Virus record (IMG/VR): IMGVR_UViG_3300001041_000020
Coordinates: 7,709-71,708 of that record
Length of the DNA: 64,000 bases
Direction: 5' to 3' (one strand)
Source: a virus
The notes under the pieces were generated by a model. The model was not told the DNA's origin, ran no database searches, and saw only the letters and a list, made by a program, of their open reading frames with translations. This document shows, piece after piece, positions 44,330-55,140 of this stretch. How positions within the stretch are numbered: position 1 is the first letter of the stretch; every line of letters begins with the position of its first letter. A program made the position numbers and the translations under genes.

Positions 44330-46204
44330 ATGAGTCTCCTAGACGGTCTAAATGAACGACAATTACAGGCGGTCGTGTCTGACAATCCAATCATTCTCAA
44401 TCTAGCTGGGGCAGGATCTGGAAAAACCAGAGTCCTGACCCATAGAATAGCCCATCTCCATCAAGAAAGGCGAGTGGGTACCAGTAATATACTCGCCATA
44501 ACTTTCACCCGTCTCGCGGCCAAGGAAATGAAAGAGCGTGCTATGAAGTTAGTTGGAGCGAACGAGGGTAAAAAACTAACGATCGGAACGTTTCATAGCT
44601 TCTGCGTGCGAGTTCTCAAGGAATGGGGACACCTGGTTGATCTAGAGAAGAACTTCACTATTTACACCGAGGATGACCGTAGGGCGATTATTCAGTCTTG
44701 TATTGATGAGCTGGGGTACAAGGTTAAGTTGCAGGACGTGTTGGATAATCTTTATGTTATCTTCCCGGATGACTCGACAGTATCTAAGGTAGCGAGTGAA
44801 TATTACTATCGCTTAAAACGGAATAATGCGGTCGACCTTGATGGATTGTTATTTTTTGCAAAGGAAGTTCTTGCCTTTTCTGCGGCTCAAGCGGAATTGC
44901 AAAATAGGTACCGTTTTGTTTTTGTTGATGAGTTTCAGGACACCAATGACATACAACTTGAAATCATTCAGCTTTTAAATCCATACAACCTTTTTGTCGT
45001 CGGAGACGATTTTCAATCTATCTACCAGTTCCGAGGAGCGAACGTCCAAAATATCATTGATTTTCCGAACAAGTATCCTAGATGCGAAGTTGTCAAGCTC
45101 GAGCGCAATTATCGGTCGACAAAGCAGATCGTTTCGGCTGCCAATACGCTAATTAAACACAATGTCAGTCAAACGGAAAAGGCGCTGATTGCCGATCGTG
45201 ATGGTGCGGATATCGTTTACACGGTTAGGCCTGATGATGATGCTGAAGCAAGGCACGTTGCTGCAGCGATAGGCGCTGAGTCAAAGCTGACAGAAACATG
45301 GTCAGATGTTGCGGTGTTGGCGAGAACGAATCGACAATTACACAAGGTTAAAGAGGCTTTGGATCGATGGGATATTCCGTCGTTGATTGTTTCGAGTCAG
45401 GATGATGTCTTTAAGAAGGACGATATTCGAAAAATTATTGCCTTTATTGAAGCTGCTATAAATCCACAGGACGATATAAACCTCCGTAAAGTGATCAATT
45501 TCCCTGAGGCGAGATTTACTGATCTTGACATTCAAAACCTTGAATTAAAGGCGCTCAATATCGGACAGAGTCTCTCGGAAGTAATGCAAATCGGAACAGT
45601 GAAGGAAAGGCTTTTTTATCAACTCTTAGAATCGGCTAAAGAAAGTTCCGAAGAACACGAAACCGCCCTCGAGGTAATCGAAGAAGCAATACATCAACTT
45701 GACCTCAGGTATCACTACTACAACGAGGGCTTAAATAACCGGGCAGAAGATCTTGTGACAATGTTTGTCGAGGTAGATCGATGGCAAAAGGTTCAAAATG
45801 TACTAGGTGAACCCAGTGGCATCTTTTCTTTTCTGAAATGGCTCCGGATGAAGGATATTCAGGAAAAGCTAGTTCAAGAAAAAGTCGATGTAGTCAAGTT
45901 AATGACGGTTCACGCATCAAAAGGCCTCGAATTCCCGGTAGTGTTCGTCATCGGAATGAACCAAGGAGTTTTCCCCAGTAAGAGAACTGAGGACATGGAG
46001 GAAGAACGTCGTCTCTTCTACGTTGCGATCACCAGGGCAAAGGATCGGTTATACCTCACTCGTCCGGAGAACAGGGTTGCTTATCCTGGTGGGCCGATGG
46101 CTTTTCAAGTGGAGAGCCAATTTATTAGGGAGATTAACATTGAACAGTCGAGAGAATCAAGTAAGCCGCGAGGAAAGGCCGTGGACTTCGGATGGTTGGA
46201 GTAG
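44330..46204 (+). CDS. UvrD/PcrA SF1 helicase
   Basis: AGAGSGKT, VDEFQD, GDDFQSIY.FRGA, NYRST, TVHASKGLEF, EERRLFYVAITRA. Confidence 0.95.
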   Translation: MSLLDGLNERQLQAVVSDNPIILNLAGAGSGKTRVLTHRIAHLHQERRVGTSNILAITFTRLAAKEMKERAMKLVGANEGKKLTIGTFHSFCVRVLKEWGHLVDLEKNFTIYTEDDRRAIIQSCIDELGYKVKLQDVLDNLYVIFPDDSTVSKVASEYYYRLKRNNAVDLDGLLFFAKEVLAFSAAQAELQNRYRFVFVDEFQDTNDIQLEIIQLLNPYNLFVVGDDFQSIYQFRGANVQNIIDFPNKYPRCEVVKLERNYRSTKQIVSAANTLIKHNVSQTEKALIADRDGADIVYTVRPDDDAEARHVAAAIGAESKLTETWSDVAVLARTNRQLHKVKEALDRWDIPSLIVSSQDDVFKKDDIRKIIAFIEAAINPQDDINLRKVINFPEARFTDLDIQNLELKALNIGQSLSEVMQIGTVKERLFYQLLESAKESSEEHETALEVIEEAIHQLDLRYHYYNEGLNNRAEDLVTMFVEVDRWQKVQNVLGEPSGIFSFLKWLRMKDIQEKLVQEKVDVVKLMTVHASKGLEFPVVFVIGMNQGVFPSKRTEDMEEERRLFYVAITRAKDRLYLTRPENRVAYPGGPMAFQVESQFIREINIEQSRESSKPRGKAVDFGWLE

Positions 46205-46458
46205 ATTCCCACGAGGTAAAACTCAACTACTACGCCATGGCCGTGGCAATCCTGGCAAAATGCAATATCGATACCGCCTTTGAAAAATTGCAGAATGACA
46301 ACCCTGAAAAGGTTAGGAATTACTTTACGCCAGAGGACACTGAAGACATGCAAAAGATGAGGGATGAAGGTTTGTCGTACTACGCCATAGCTAAGATTTA
46401 TGATGTTTCGCGGTCTACGATTATTTGGAGAGTAGCCAGAGATGGCAAGGAGGACTAG
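46192..46458 (+). CDS. HTH protein
   Basis: GLSYYAIAKIYDVSRSTI. Confidence 0.65.
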   Translation: MVGVDSHEVKLNYYAMAVAILAKCNIDTAFEKLQNDNPEKVRNYFTPEDTEDMQKMRDEGLSYYAIAKIYDVSRSTIIWRVARDGKED

Positions 46459-46460
46459 TG

Positions 46461-47504
46461 ATGGGTGAAACAAATATTGAGTGGGCTAGTCATACGTGGA
46501 ACCCGGTAACCGGCTGCAGTAAAGTCTCAGATGGGTGTGCTCACTGCTATGCCGAGCGCGAATGGCCAAGACTGGCCGGGAATCCCAAAACACCATATTA
46601 CGGTCGTAAATTTAATGACGTGCGCATTCATCCAGAGCGATTGGAGCAACCCTTACGATGGACGAAGCCGCGAAAGATATTCGTGAATTCGATGAGCGAT
46701 CTATTCCATGATGACGTGGACGAAAAGTTCATCGCTAAAGCATTTGCCATCATGGATCTGGCTCGCCAGCATACTTATATGGTCTTGACCAAGAGGCCTG
46801 AACGAGCCAAGAGGATACTAAACGACGAAGATTTTCAGTTTCATATTGGCTGGTTTCAATCCCAGGCCATTCGAGAGTTCGGGCTTCCGGAACCAAAAGA
46901 GATAGGGCCATTCCCTTTTAAAAATGTATGGATTGGTGTATCCGTCGAAAACCAGGCGACCGCGGACGAACGAATTCCTTTGCTATTACAGATACCGGCG
47001 GTGGTGAGGTTTATAAGTGCGGAGCCGCTGCTTGGGCCAATCGTATTGAAGAGAAAAGCTGTAGATGAGCAAGAAATAATCCAAGCTACGCTAATGGGCC
47101 TATTGGAAGAATACAGTCGAGCTGTAGAACGTGGAATTGATTGGGTGATATGTGGCGGAGAATCGGGTCCAGGGGCGAGACCAATGCATCCAGATTGGGT
47201 TAGGGGTTTGAGGGATCAATGCCAAGCGGCAAATGTACCATTTTTCTTTAAACAATGGGGAGAGTTCAAAGAGGCCTGTCGCTATAACTCTTGGCCTAAA
47301 TATAGAGATCACGTTGGTGTAACTACGAAAGCGATTGGGTTGGATAAATCGGCATTACTTAACGCTGACGGTTCAGATTTAGTAAATGGTGGGCCTGATC
47401 ATAAGATTTACCCTATCAGTCACCTTGAACGAGTTGGTAAAAAGCAAGCCGGCCGCGAATTAGATGGCCGGACTTGGGATGAATTTCCTGAGATGCATCA
47501 GTGA
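46461..47504 (+). CDS. DUF5131 (phage Gp37/Gp68) protein
   Basis: TNIEW..TWNPVTGCSKVSDGCAHCYA, FVNSMSDLFH, FFFKQWG. Confidence 0.92.
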   Translation: MGETNIEWASHTWNPVTGCSKVSDGCAHCYAEREWPRLAGNPKTPYYGRKFNDVRIHPERLEQPLRWTKPRKIFVNSMSDLFHDDVDEKFIAKAFAIMDLARQHTYMVLTKRPERAKRILNDEDFQFHIGWFQSQAIREFGLPEPKEIGPFPFKNVWIGVSVENQATADERIPLLLQIPAVVRFISAEPLLGPIVLKRKAVDEQEIIQATLMGLLEEYSRAVERGIDWVICGGESGPGARPMHPDWVRGLRDQCQAANVPFFFKQWGEFKEACRYNSWPKYRDHVGVTTKAIGLDKSALLNADGSDLVNGGPDHKIYPISHLERVGKKQAGRELDGRTWDEFPEMHQ

Positions 47505-47518
47505 GTAGGTGATAATTA

Positions 47519-48007
47519 GTGCTCTATGAGGAACGATTCCAGAAAGTACATCAACTCCTAAAAGACCATAGATGTAAGCCGACCTTTTCATTCCACGAGG
47601 AATATACATCACCCCTAATTCTTGGAGGAGGTTCATTCTATCAGACGGATAAAGAGATGAATCTCGATCATGGCCCGAAAGAGTGGAGAGAAGAAGTTGA
47701 CGCCAAGTTGGATGTCTGCGTACCAACTAAGAAAGCGTATTCCGAAAGAGAAAAAATCAGATTTGACATTGAATGGAGCCAAAAAGCCCGTCTGTACAGT
47801 ATGTATGTTTCGCTACCAACGTCGGCCAGAAGTATTTCATTGAGTCGCAATAGATATAAGACGCAAGATAACTTGATGAATGACATTGAAAATTGGTTAG
47901 TTAAAGCAGGTTGTAAAAGAACATCGAAAAAAGACATTCAAAAACCCGAGGCTAAAGATTACGTTTCGGAATATACGCAAACTGAGTTGTTTTGTTTGGT
48001 TGATTAG
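47519..48007 (+). CDS. Hypothetical protein
   Basis: Operon context. Confidence 0.6.
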   Translation: MLYEERFQKVHQLLKDHRCKPTFSFHEEYTSPLILGGGSFYQTDKEMNLDHGPKEWREEVDAKLDVCVPTKKAYSEREKIRFDIEWSQKARLYSMYVSLPTSARSISLSRNRYKTQDNLMNDIENWLVKAGCKRTSKKDIQKPEAKDYVSEYTQTELFCLVD

Positions 48008-48017
48008 GAGGTAAATA

Positions 48018-49772
48018 ATGCATTTTACCCAGGAACTTATTATTGACAACTTTGCCGGAGGCGGCGGAGCAAGCACGGGAATCGAGATGGCAACAGATCG
48101 CCCAGTCGATATAGCAATTAACCACGATCCTGCAGCCATTGCCATGCACAAGGTCAATCATCCGGATACCTTGCATTACTGCGAATCCGTCTGGGAAGTC
48201 GACCCAAGAAAAGTAACAAATGGTCGCCCGGTAGCCTTGGTATGGTTTAGCCCGGACTGTAAACATTTCTCTAAGGCGAAGGGCGGGAAGCCAGTTGAGA
48301 AACACATACGAGGTCTAGCATGGGTAGCGGTTCGTTGGGCAGCTACGGTTAGGCCTCGAGTGATCATGCTGGAAAATGTTGAAGAATTTAAAACCTGGGG
48401 GCCGTTACTTATAGACGGTAGACCAGATCCCAAGCAAAAAGGACGCACATTCAAGGCTTTTGTCCATGCACTTGAGCGTCAGGGTTATAAGGTCGAATGG
48501 CAAGAACTCCGAGCGTGCGATTACGAAGCCCCAACAATTCGAAAACGGTTTTTCTTGATTGCTCGGTGCGACGGTCAACCCATCGTTTGGCCGAATCCAA
48601 CTCACGGAGATCCGAAAAGCGAGGAAGTTAAGGTTGGCAGGCTTAAACCATGGAGAACCGCAGCGGAAATAATCGATTGGTCAATACCTTGCCCTAGCAT
48701 ATTTGAACGCAAGAAACCCCTTGCGGAGAACACAATGCGAAGAATAGCCAGGGGAATTCAGAAGTTTGTTATTGATAATCCTAATCCTTTTATTGTCAGG
48801 GTTAACCATAGCGGATCAAGTCACCATTATTGCGACTCAATTGACGAACCGCTTAAGACAATTACCGCTAAAAACGGATGGGGAATTGTGACGCCGATTA
48901 TCGCTCGCATTGGCCAGACTGGGTTTGGTGGCGACCGGATGCAGTATCCACTAAGTAATCCTCTGACAACAATCGTAAGCAAGGCTGAGCATTTACTTAT
49001 TACTCCAACGCTTATGGTTAACACGACAGGTCACCCCGGGAGTAAGGTTGATGAACCGATTCGAACCATAACCACAGGTGGTCACCATGCACTCATAACT
49101 CCGATTATCGCTCGTCAGTTTGGTCAATCAGTCGGCCACTCAATAGAAAATCCCCTAGGAACTATCACAGCAGGAGGCGGCGGAAAATCTCAGTTAGTAA
49201 CAGCGTTTCTTGCTCAATATCATACCGAGAAGAACCCTTTAGAAGTAAGAGGACAAGCACTTGATAAACCAACTCTCACTCTTGATGCATCAAATAGATA
49301 CAGCTTGGCAACCAGTCACATGATTAAGTTCAGAGGGACAAACACTGGACACCCGGTAATGGAACCCCTACACACGATCACGGCGGGGGGATTGCACCTT
49401 GGAGAGGTTCGAGCGTTCCTGATGGCTTATTACGGTGCTAGTGTGGGGCAAAACTGTGATGAACCCCTGCATACTGTTACAGCTAAACATCGATTCGGAC
49501 TAGTGACTGTCCATGGTCAGGACTATCAAATCGTCGATATCGGGATGAGGATGTTAGAACCACGTGAATTATTTGATGCGCAGAGTTTCCCTCATGACTA
49601 TGTAATTGACAAAGATTACTACGGCAGATTTTATCCTAAGGCTGCTCAAGTTGCTAGGTGTGGCAATGCAGTACCGCCTGTAATTCCAAAAGCTTTAGTC
49701 AGGGCAAATTTACCAGAGCTATGCGGCATAAATAAACCAACTAAGCAGCGAATGCAAATGTCATTGTTTTAA
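48018..49772 (+). CDS. DNA (cytosine-5) methyltransferase
   Basis: FAGGGG, SPDC, ENVEEF, RKRFF, repeated PLxTIT units, GNAV. Confidence 0.93.
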   Translation: MHFTQELIIDNFAGGGGASTGIEMATDRPVDIAINHDPAAIAMHKVNHPDTLHYCESVWEVDPRKVTNGRPVALVWFSPDCKHFSKAKGGKPVEKHIRGLAWVAVRWAATVRPRVIMLENVEEFKTWGPLLIDGRPDPKQKGRTFKAFVHALERQGYKVEWQELRACDYEAPTIRKRFFLIARCDGQPIVWPNPTHGDPKSEEVKVGRLKPWRTAAEIIDWSIPCPSIFERKKPLAENTMRRIARGIQKFVIDNPNPFIVRVNHSGSSHHYCDSIDEPLKTITAKNGWGIVTPIIARIGQTGFGGDRMQYPLSNPLTTIVSKAEHLLITPTLMVNTTGHPGSKVDEPIRTITTGGHHALITPIIARQFGQSVGHSIENPLGTITAGGGGKSQLVTAFLAQYHTEKNPLEVRGQALDKPTLTLDASNRYSLATSHMIKFRGTNTGHPVMEPLHTITAGGLHLGEVRAFLMAYYGASVGQNCDEPLHTVTAKHRFGLVTVHGQDYQIVDIGMRMLEPRELFDAQSFPHDYVIDKDYYGRFYPKAAQVARCGNAVPPVIPKALVRANLPELCGINKPTKQRMQMSLF

Positions 49773-49783
49773 GGGGGGATTAC

Positions 49784-50614
49784 ATGAGTATCGGCCCCGT
49801 CCTCAAATATCCCGGATCCAAATGGCGAATGGCCGATTGGGTTGTCTCGCATATGCCAAAACACGGTAGTTATTTAGAGCCCTATTTCGGGTCCGGAGCT
49901 GTGTTTTTTACAAAAAAACCATCTCATATCGAAACTATTAACGACTTGGATCAAAACATAATTAAATTTTTTCGAATTCTGAGGGAGCAGCCGGAGGAGC
50001 TAGCGCGTCTAATTGAATTTACTCCTTGGTCTCGAGTTGAATACGAGGATCTATTAACCTCAGCTGCAGCAGAAAATTATTTTAAAACAACAGATTCTGA
50101 ACTTGAGAATGCGAGGAGATTGATGGTAAGGCTCTCAATGGGGTTTAGATCCAAAACTAGTGATCGTACAGGGTGGAGATCTAATATTCAATCCAGTGTC
50201 GGGGGGGCAGCATCGACCATTTGGAAATCTATGCCCTCAAGAATTAGATTTGCAGCCAAACGATTAAAAGATGCTCAAATTGAATGCAGACCAGCGATGG
50301 ATCTAATCAAAAGATTTAACTATCCAGAGGTTTTGATATACGCCGATCCTCCATACATGTTTGGAACTAGGTTTGAAAAAAGACAGTATAAGCACGAAAT
50401 GTCTGATGTCAATCATGTTGAATTACTCGAGGCATTAAATAATCACTCTGGTACAGTTTTGTTAAGTGGATATGCTTGTGACTTTTATGATGATCAATTA
50501 AAGCATTGGACTAGGAAGACAACTAAGTCATGGGCAGAAGGTGGAAGACAGCGCGAGGAAGTCCTTTGGATAAATCCAGCTGCAGCTAAATCAATTGGGA
50601 CAACACTGTTTTAA
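49784..50614 (+). CDS. DNA adenine methyltransferase (Dam/D12 class)
   Basis: YPGSKW, EPYFGSG, DPPY. Confidence 0.92.
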   Translation: MSIGPVLKYPGSKWRMADWVVSHMPKHGSYLEPYFGSGAVFFTKKPSHIETINDLDQNIIKFFRILREQPEELARLIEFTPWSRVEYEDLLTSAAAENYFKTTDSELENARRLMVRLSMGFRSKTSDRTGWRSNIQSSVGGAASTIWKSMPSRIRFAAKRLKDAQIECRPAMDLIKRFNYPEVLIYADPPYMFGTRFEKRQYKHEMSDVNHVELLEALNNHSGTVLLSGYACDFYDDQLKHWTRKTTKSWAEGGRQREEVLWINPAAAKSIGTTLF

Positions 50615-50657
50615 CAAAGGGGAGATGGTCAGATGGCATGGATTGGGGGTTCTGGTT

Positions 50658-51059
50658 ATGAATGAAATTGAATCAAGGTTCTTTAAATCATACGAGGAGA
50701 TCGTTAAGCGCTGTAAGGAAGATCAGGATTATTTTAACAATTTTCCATATTATCTTTTCTTCCTGAAACCTCAAGTAGTTATCGGGATCTATAAAGTAGA
50801 TTTCCTTTTTAACGATTGTGTTATTGAGATTGATGGTCATGAAAATCATAAAACCAAAGAGCAACGAGAGTATGACTACGTAAGGGAACGATATTTAATG
50901 AAAAAGGGATATAAAGTAATCCGGTTTATGGGTACCGAGGTTTTCCTTGATTCTCAAAAATGCGTAATGGAAATGTTTGAGATAGGTGATTTATTCCAAA
51001 GAAAACATGATGAAGCCTTAGATAATGGCTTTAAATTTGGTCAGGATTATCCGCATTAA
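50658..51059 (+). CDS. DUF559/Vsr-like endonuclease
   Basis: PQ..IG.YKVDF, IEIDGHENH, VIRFMG. Confidence 0.8.
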   Translation: MNEIESRFFKSYEEIVKRCKEDQDYFNNFPYYLFFLKPQVVIGIYKVDFLFNDCVIEIDGHENHKTKEQREYDYVRERYLMKKGYKVIRFMGTEVFLDSQKCVMEMFEIGDLFQRKHDEALDNGFKFGQDYPH

Positions 51060-51073
51060 AGAGGAGTGAAGTT

Positions 51074-51907
51074 ATGGCAAGGCCGCAAAAAGAAGGATTA
51101 GACTACTTTTCATTAGATGTTGACATGGATCAAGACGACAAAATTCGTCTAATAGAAGCAAAGTTTAAACTTACTGGCTTTGCCATCGTTATTAAGTTAT
51201 TGATGAAAATCTATAAGGAAGGCTATTTTTACAAATGGACCGAACGAGAACAGTTATTGTTTGCTGACTATATCCATGAGGAACTGCCTCTTGTAACAGA
51301 GGTTATCAACGAAGCGATTAAATGGGAATTGTTTAATCCCGAGCTTTATACAAAATACCAAATACTAACGAGCAGCGGGATTCAAAAAAGATACCTTCAG
51401 GCAGTTAAAAAACGTAGCGAAATTGCAATGCTTGAAGAGTACTTCTTAGTGGAAGAAAAAGACATTCCTAAAAATACTTCCATAACCCTAGTTAATGTAG
51501 AAAAAACCCCAGTTAATTCTTCCGAAACTACCTCAGAAGAGGAGTTTCAGGCGACATTAATCCCTAAAGAAAAGGAAAGTAAAGGAAAGGAAAGTAAAGT
51601 AAAGAATATTAAGCCGGAAATTATTAAAAAGTTGTTTGGTGAAAAAGTTCTCCTGACAGAAGAGGAATATCAAAAGTTAGTTGACCAACATGGCGAAGAC
51701 GCTACTAAGCAGATGATCGGTATCCTTGATAACTGGTACCTAACCAAGGGAAATAAGCCAAATAAATCGGATTATCACACGATGGTAGGTGTGGGATGGG
51801 TTTTAAAGCGATTCAAGGAGGATCAGCAAAGGCAGCGCAATAAAGATCCCGGGGACAAGCTTCCCGAGCCATCGAAGCCCGGCAAATACGAAAAGTTTTA
51901 CCTGTGA
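51074..51907 (+). CDS. Replication initiator (DUF4373 N-terminus)
   Basis: MARPQKEGLDYFSLD, LTSSGIQKRY. Confidence 0.85.
   Translation: MARPQKEGLDYFSLDVDMDQDDKIRLIEAKFKLTGFAIVIKLLMKIYKEGYFYKWTEREQLLFADYIHEELPLVTEVINEAIKWELFNPELYTKYQILTSSGIQKRYLQAVKKRSEIAMLEEYFLVEEKDIPKNTSITLVNVEKTPVNSSETTSEEEFQATLIPKEKESKGKESKVKNIKPEIIKKLFGEKVLLTEEEYQKLVDQHGEDATKQMIGILDNWYLTKGNKPNKSDYHTMVGVGWVLKRFKEDQQRQRNKDPGDKLPEPSKPGKYEKFYL
51571..51604 (+). repeat. AAAG(G/T) tandem repeats in initiator gene, candidate origin
   Basis: AAAGGAAAGTAAAGGAAAGGAAAGTAAAGTAAAG. Confidence 0.45.
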
Positions 51908-51918
51908 GGTGAGCATTA

Positions 51919-53022
51919 ATGCCAAGAATGGGACATGCGAACCCAAGAACATACGGAAAAATTCTTAAGGACTCGAAAAGAGAAGTCGCAATTGTATATT
52001 CCGAGACGACCCGCAAATTTGACGTACCTCACTACGAAGCCACTGGCGAGGTTGTATACCTTGACGAGGAGGAAAAGGATATGCCAACGGTTGATCAAAT
52101 GGCGAACGCCAAAAAGCTTCGAAAAGAGATCACAACAATTGAGCAATTTGAGGCAATTGGAAACTACAAGGATGTTGCTATTAAGTATCACGTCGCCATC
52201 ATGACTGCCCATGGATTGATGAGATCGTTAAAAGCAAAAAAAGCTAAGGAGGAAACCAAAATGATCGAATCGCAAGAACCGGTTAATTGTTCACCAACCC
52301 TGGAAGAGATCGAGACGTTTCACACAGATGTTGAGATTCCGGAGTTGCCAAAAGTTGAGTTTTGCATCCCATTGGGCGAGTTGAAATATTTACGAGAGGG
52401 CTCAGCGGAAGAAGTTATCAGGGTTGAACGAAAGGCGTTATCAAGCGAAGAGTTAGAAAATTTAAAGATTGCACTTTCAATTCCCCAAGGCATAGACCCC
52501 CAAATAGAGCAAGAAGAATGCCTACATGGCAAACCATGCGCTGCGTGCTCGGAAGTGCTATCCGTAACGTTTTGCAAAGAATGTGGAGACCTGATCGTTC
52601 CTCCTGGGAATTCTGGCTTGTGTGTTGCCTGTTCCCAAAATAAAGAGGCGGTCGACACACCCCTTGGCAAGATAAGCACAAAGACAGGTCGTTACATATG
52701 CGTAGATTGTGGCAAAGGAATACTGGACGGTGTTGCGGTTTATGCACAATCCGGGTTGTGTCAAAGTTGTAGTAAGGCCTTGGCTGCAGAGGAGAAAGAT
52801 TGCGAGCCAGGCGTGGAAGATCAAATATCCGAAGAAGATTTCGATCGGATAATGTCCAAGGTTGAATTGAAGTGGCGAGCTGCTCCCATAACTAAAGCAC
52901 AAACAATCGAGGAATTATGGAAAAGACTTGAATCAACCACTTGCGCACTTCACAAAATGACCATCGAACAAGCTGAAAGGGATTTCCAAAAACGGCTTGC
53001 CGGGGTGGTTGAGGGATGTTAA
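51919..53022 (+). CDS. Hypothetical protein with Zn fingers
   Basis: Several CxxC pairs. Confidence 0.65.
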   Translation: MPRMGHANPRTYGKILKDSKREVAIVYSETTRKFDVPHYEATGEVVYLDEEEKDMPTVDQMANAKKLRKEITTIEQFEAIGNYKDVAIKYHVAIMTAHGLMRSLKAKKAKEETKMIESQEPVNCSPTLEEIETFHTDVEIPELPKVEFCIPLGELKYLREGSAEEVIRVERKALSSEELENLKIALSIPQGIDPQIEQEECLHGKPCAACSEVLSVTFCKECGDLIVPPGNSGLCVACSQNKEAVDTPLGKISTKTGRYICVDCGKGILDGVAVYAQSGLCQSCSKALAAEEKDCEPGVEDQISEEDFDRIMSKVELKWRAAPITKAQTIEELWKRLESTTCALHKMTIEQAERDFQKRLAGVVEGC

Positions 53023-53420
53023 ATCGCGTCGTTTTAGTCGGCCGTCTTGTGAGGGATCCAGAACTTAGGTATTCCCCTTCCGGAGTCGCCGTAACAAACT
53101 TCACCCTAGCTGTTGATCGTAAATTCAAGAATGCCCAAGGCGAAAGGGAAACTGACTTTATCCCATGCGTTGTATTTAAACAACTTGCCGAACTTTGCGC
53201 GAATTATTTGGCCAAGGGAAAACTTGCTTCAGTCGATGGCCGCATCCAGATCAGGACATACAACGATAAGGATGGCCAAAAGCGTTGGGTGACTGAGGTT
53301 ATTGCGGAAAATGTACATTTTCTGAGTCCGAAGGATGGACAAGCCGGAGCCTCGGCGCGGACTACAAACGGTACCGAGTATGGGCATGAAGTGAATTTGG
53401 ATGATGATATTCCGTTCTAA
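53016..53420 (+). CDS. ssb: Single-stranded DNA-binding protein
   Basis: [19 protein letters not shown]; C-terminal DDDIPF. Confidence 0.97.
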   Translation: MLNRVVLVGRLVRDPELRYSPSGVAVTNFTLAVDRKFKNAQGERETDFIPCVVFKQLAELCANYLAKGKLASVDGRIQIRTYNDKDGQKRWVTEVIAENVHFLSPKDGQAGASARTTNGTEYGHEVNLDDDIPF

Positions 53421-53435
53421 GGAGGTCGATGACCG

Positions 53436-53816
53436 ATGGGTTGGAACGAATGCATTCAATGCCTAAAGAATATCCAGCACGACGGAAAATGCAATGGAAA
53501 AGATGGCTCTGTCCCTTGTCTGATCTATGAGCACGATCCTCGTGGAGTCAGGGTATACGAGGATAAAACTAAGTTCAGACTTGATTTTGACGATGATATT
53601 CCGGAGATCGGAAAACCAGCTGTCAATTGGTTACTTAGCGGCGTTAATAAAACGATAACATTCACAAAGATTCGCGGAGTTGAATGGAACAAGGATGCCA
53701 GGGGATTGCATGGCATTTACGTTTGGGCTGAATACTGGTATTGGTCGGATGAGAACGGGGAACTTCCGGCGGAGAAACCAAGGTTGAGACTTGTTAGGAA
53801 TGGGGGAGAAAAGTGA
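53436..53816 (+). CDS. Hypothetical protein
   Basis: RBS AAGGAGG. Confidence 0.65.
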   Translation: MGWNECIQCLKNIQHDGKCNGKDGSVPCLIYEHDPRGVRVYEDKTKFRLDFDDDIPEIGKPAVNWLLSGVNKTITFTKIRGVEWNKDARGLHGIYVWAEYWYWSDENGELPAEKPRLRLVRNGGEK

Positions 53817-54265
53817 GCAGAGAGATTAAATTCCGTGGCAAACAGATTAGTAATGGCGAGTGGGTTTGTGGTTATTTCACCAAAAACGAAAAAAGCGGAA
53901 AGTTCTATATCACCACTCAAGGCGAAGTTGGGGGAGCACATCCACATCAGGTCGATCCCGAAACAGTCGGCCAATTCACCGAAAAGACCGATGTGACAGG
54001 CCAAAAAGTATACGAAGGGGATATCTTCTCAGATCATTTCAGTAGCAAAGTTCGTGGCATCGTTAAATTTGGAGAATATCGGAACCCGTTCAACGACGAT
54101 GAGCACGGCGGGCATGTAGGATTTTACATCGATTGGAAAGGCGATCGTGGTTTGAATCGAAAAGACTTGGCTTATTGGATTAAGGTATCGCGCGTGATTG
54201 GGAATGTGCACGACAATAATGAACTTTTGGAGGGAATGACATGTACGAAAAATCCCCGCGAATAA
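53813..54265 (+). CDS. YopX-family protein
   Basis: REIKFRGK, VDPETVGQFT, YEGDI, VIGNVHDN. Confidence 0.9.
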   Translation: MSREIKFRGKQISNGEWVCGYFTKNEKSGKFYITTQGEVGGAHPHQVDPETVGQFTEKTDVTGQKVYEGDIFSDHFSSKVRGIVKFGEYRNPFNDDEHGGHVGFYIDWKGDRGLNRKDLAYWIKVSRVIGNVHDNNELLEGMTCTKNPRE

Positions 54266-54760
54266 GGGAAATGGCCGAAGAGTTGATTGACGATCATCAC
54301 CCACACCTTAAGGATGCAAAGGAACTTATTGAATACTATGTCCGCGATGATGGGGGGGGTGGATTGGACAGGTAAGTGTAAAAAATGCACGAGCTTTGAG
54401 CGATTTTTAACCAAAAAGATGTTCCACATTTTTATCATAGAACCCGCTTTTGAGATGTGGCCGATGGAAAAACTGAAAGCCCTTGTCGACCATGAGTTGT
54501 GTCACATCCAGCGTAATACTGGGATGGTCATTACCGATCCAAACACTGGCAGAATCCTCAAGAAGGAATGGGCCAATAAAGATGATCCTGACAGCTGGCA
54601 CATTCGAGAACATGATGTCGAAGAATTCTCTGATGTAATCCACCGACACGGGCTTTGGGAGCATGGAATTGAGAAGTTCGCTGAGGCCGTTAGGGAAGCT
54701 GAGTATCAAATGACTATTTACGATGCCGAAGGAGAACGGGAGATGAAATTAGTCAAATGA
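54241..54760 (+). pseudogene. Phage metallopeptidase-like gene frameshifted at a G8 tract
   Basis: ATG 54241 frame (MYEKSPRIREMAEELIDDHHPHL) stops after G8 at 54352-54359; G7 would join it to DHELCH...HDVEEF. Confidence 0.7.
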
Positions 54761-55140
54761 ACCATAACGAAAGTGATGAGCAAATCTCTCTTTTCCAGTG
54801 GGTCAACCTAATGCTATATCAACACCCTGAACTCTCGCTTCTCCACTCAATCCCAAACGGGGGAAAGCGGAACATCCGAGAAGCCACTCGATTGAAAAAG
54901 GAAGGAGCATTGGCAGGAGTAAGCGACACCTTCCTGCCGGTTGCTCGGGGTGGTTATCACGGGCTATATATTGAGTTGAAGGTCAAGGGTGGGTCTGTTT
55001 CGCAGAGCCAGAAGTGGTGGATCGAAGAAACGACCAAGCAGGGGTATTTGGCAGTTGTTTGTTTTGGATGGCAAGAAGCTAGTGAGGTCATTAAGGGGTA
55101 TTTGGAAATGAGGAAGAACAATGGAGGAGTTTATAAGTAA
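54757..55140 (+). CDS. VRR-NUC nuclease
   Basis: ESDEQ, HSIPNGGKR, GVSD, YIELK. Confidence 0.9.
   Translation: MNHNESDEQISLFQWVNLMLYQHPELSLLHSIPNGGKRNIREATRLKKEGALAGVSDTFLPVARGGYHGLYIELKVKGGSVSQSQKWWIEETTKQGYLAVVCFGWQEASEVIKGYLEMRKNNGGVYK

Noticed and set aside
48800-49500. Internal repeats of the C5 methyltransferase as a novel element or intein
   Set aside because: PLxTIT repeats are a usual feature of this phage methyltransferase family; no intein motifs.
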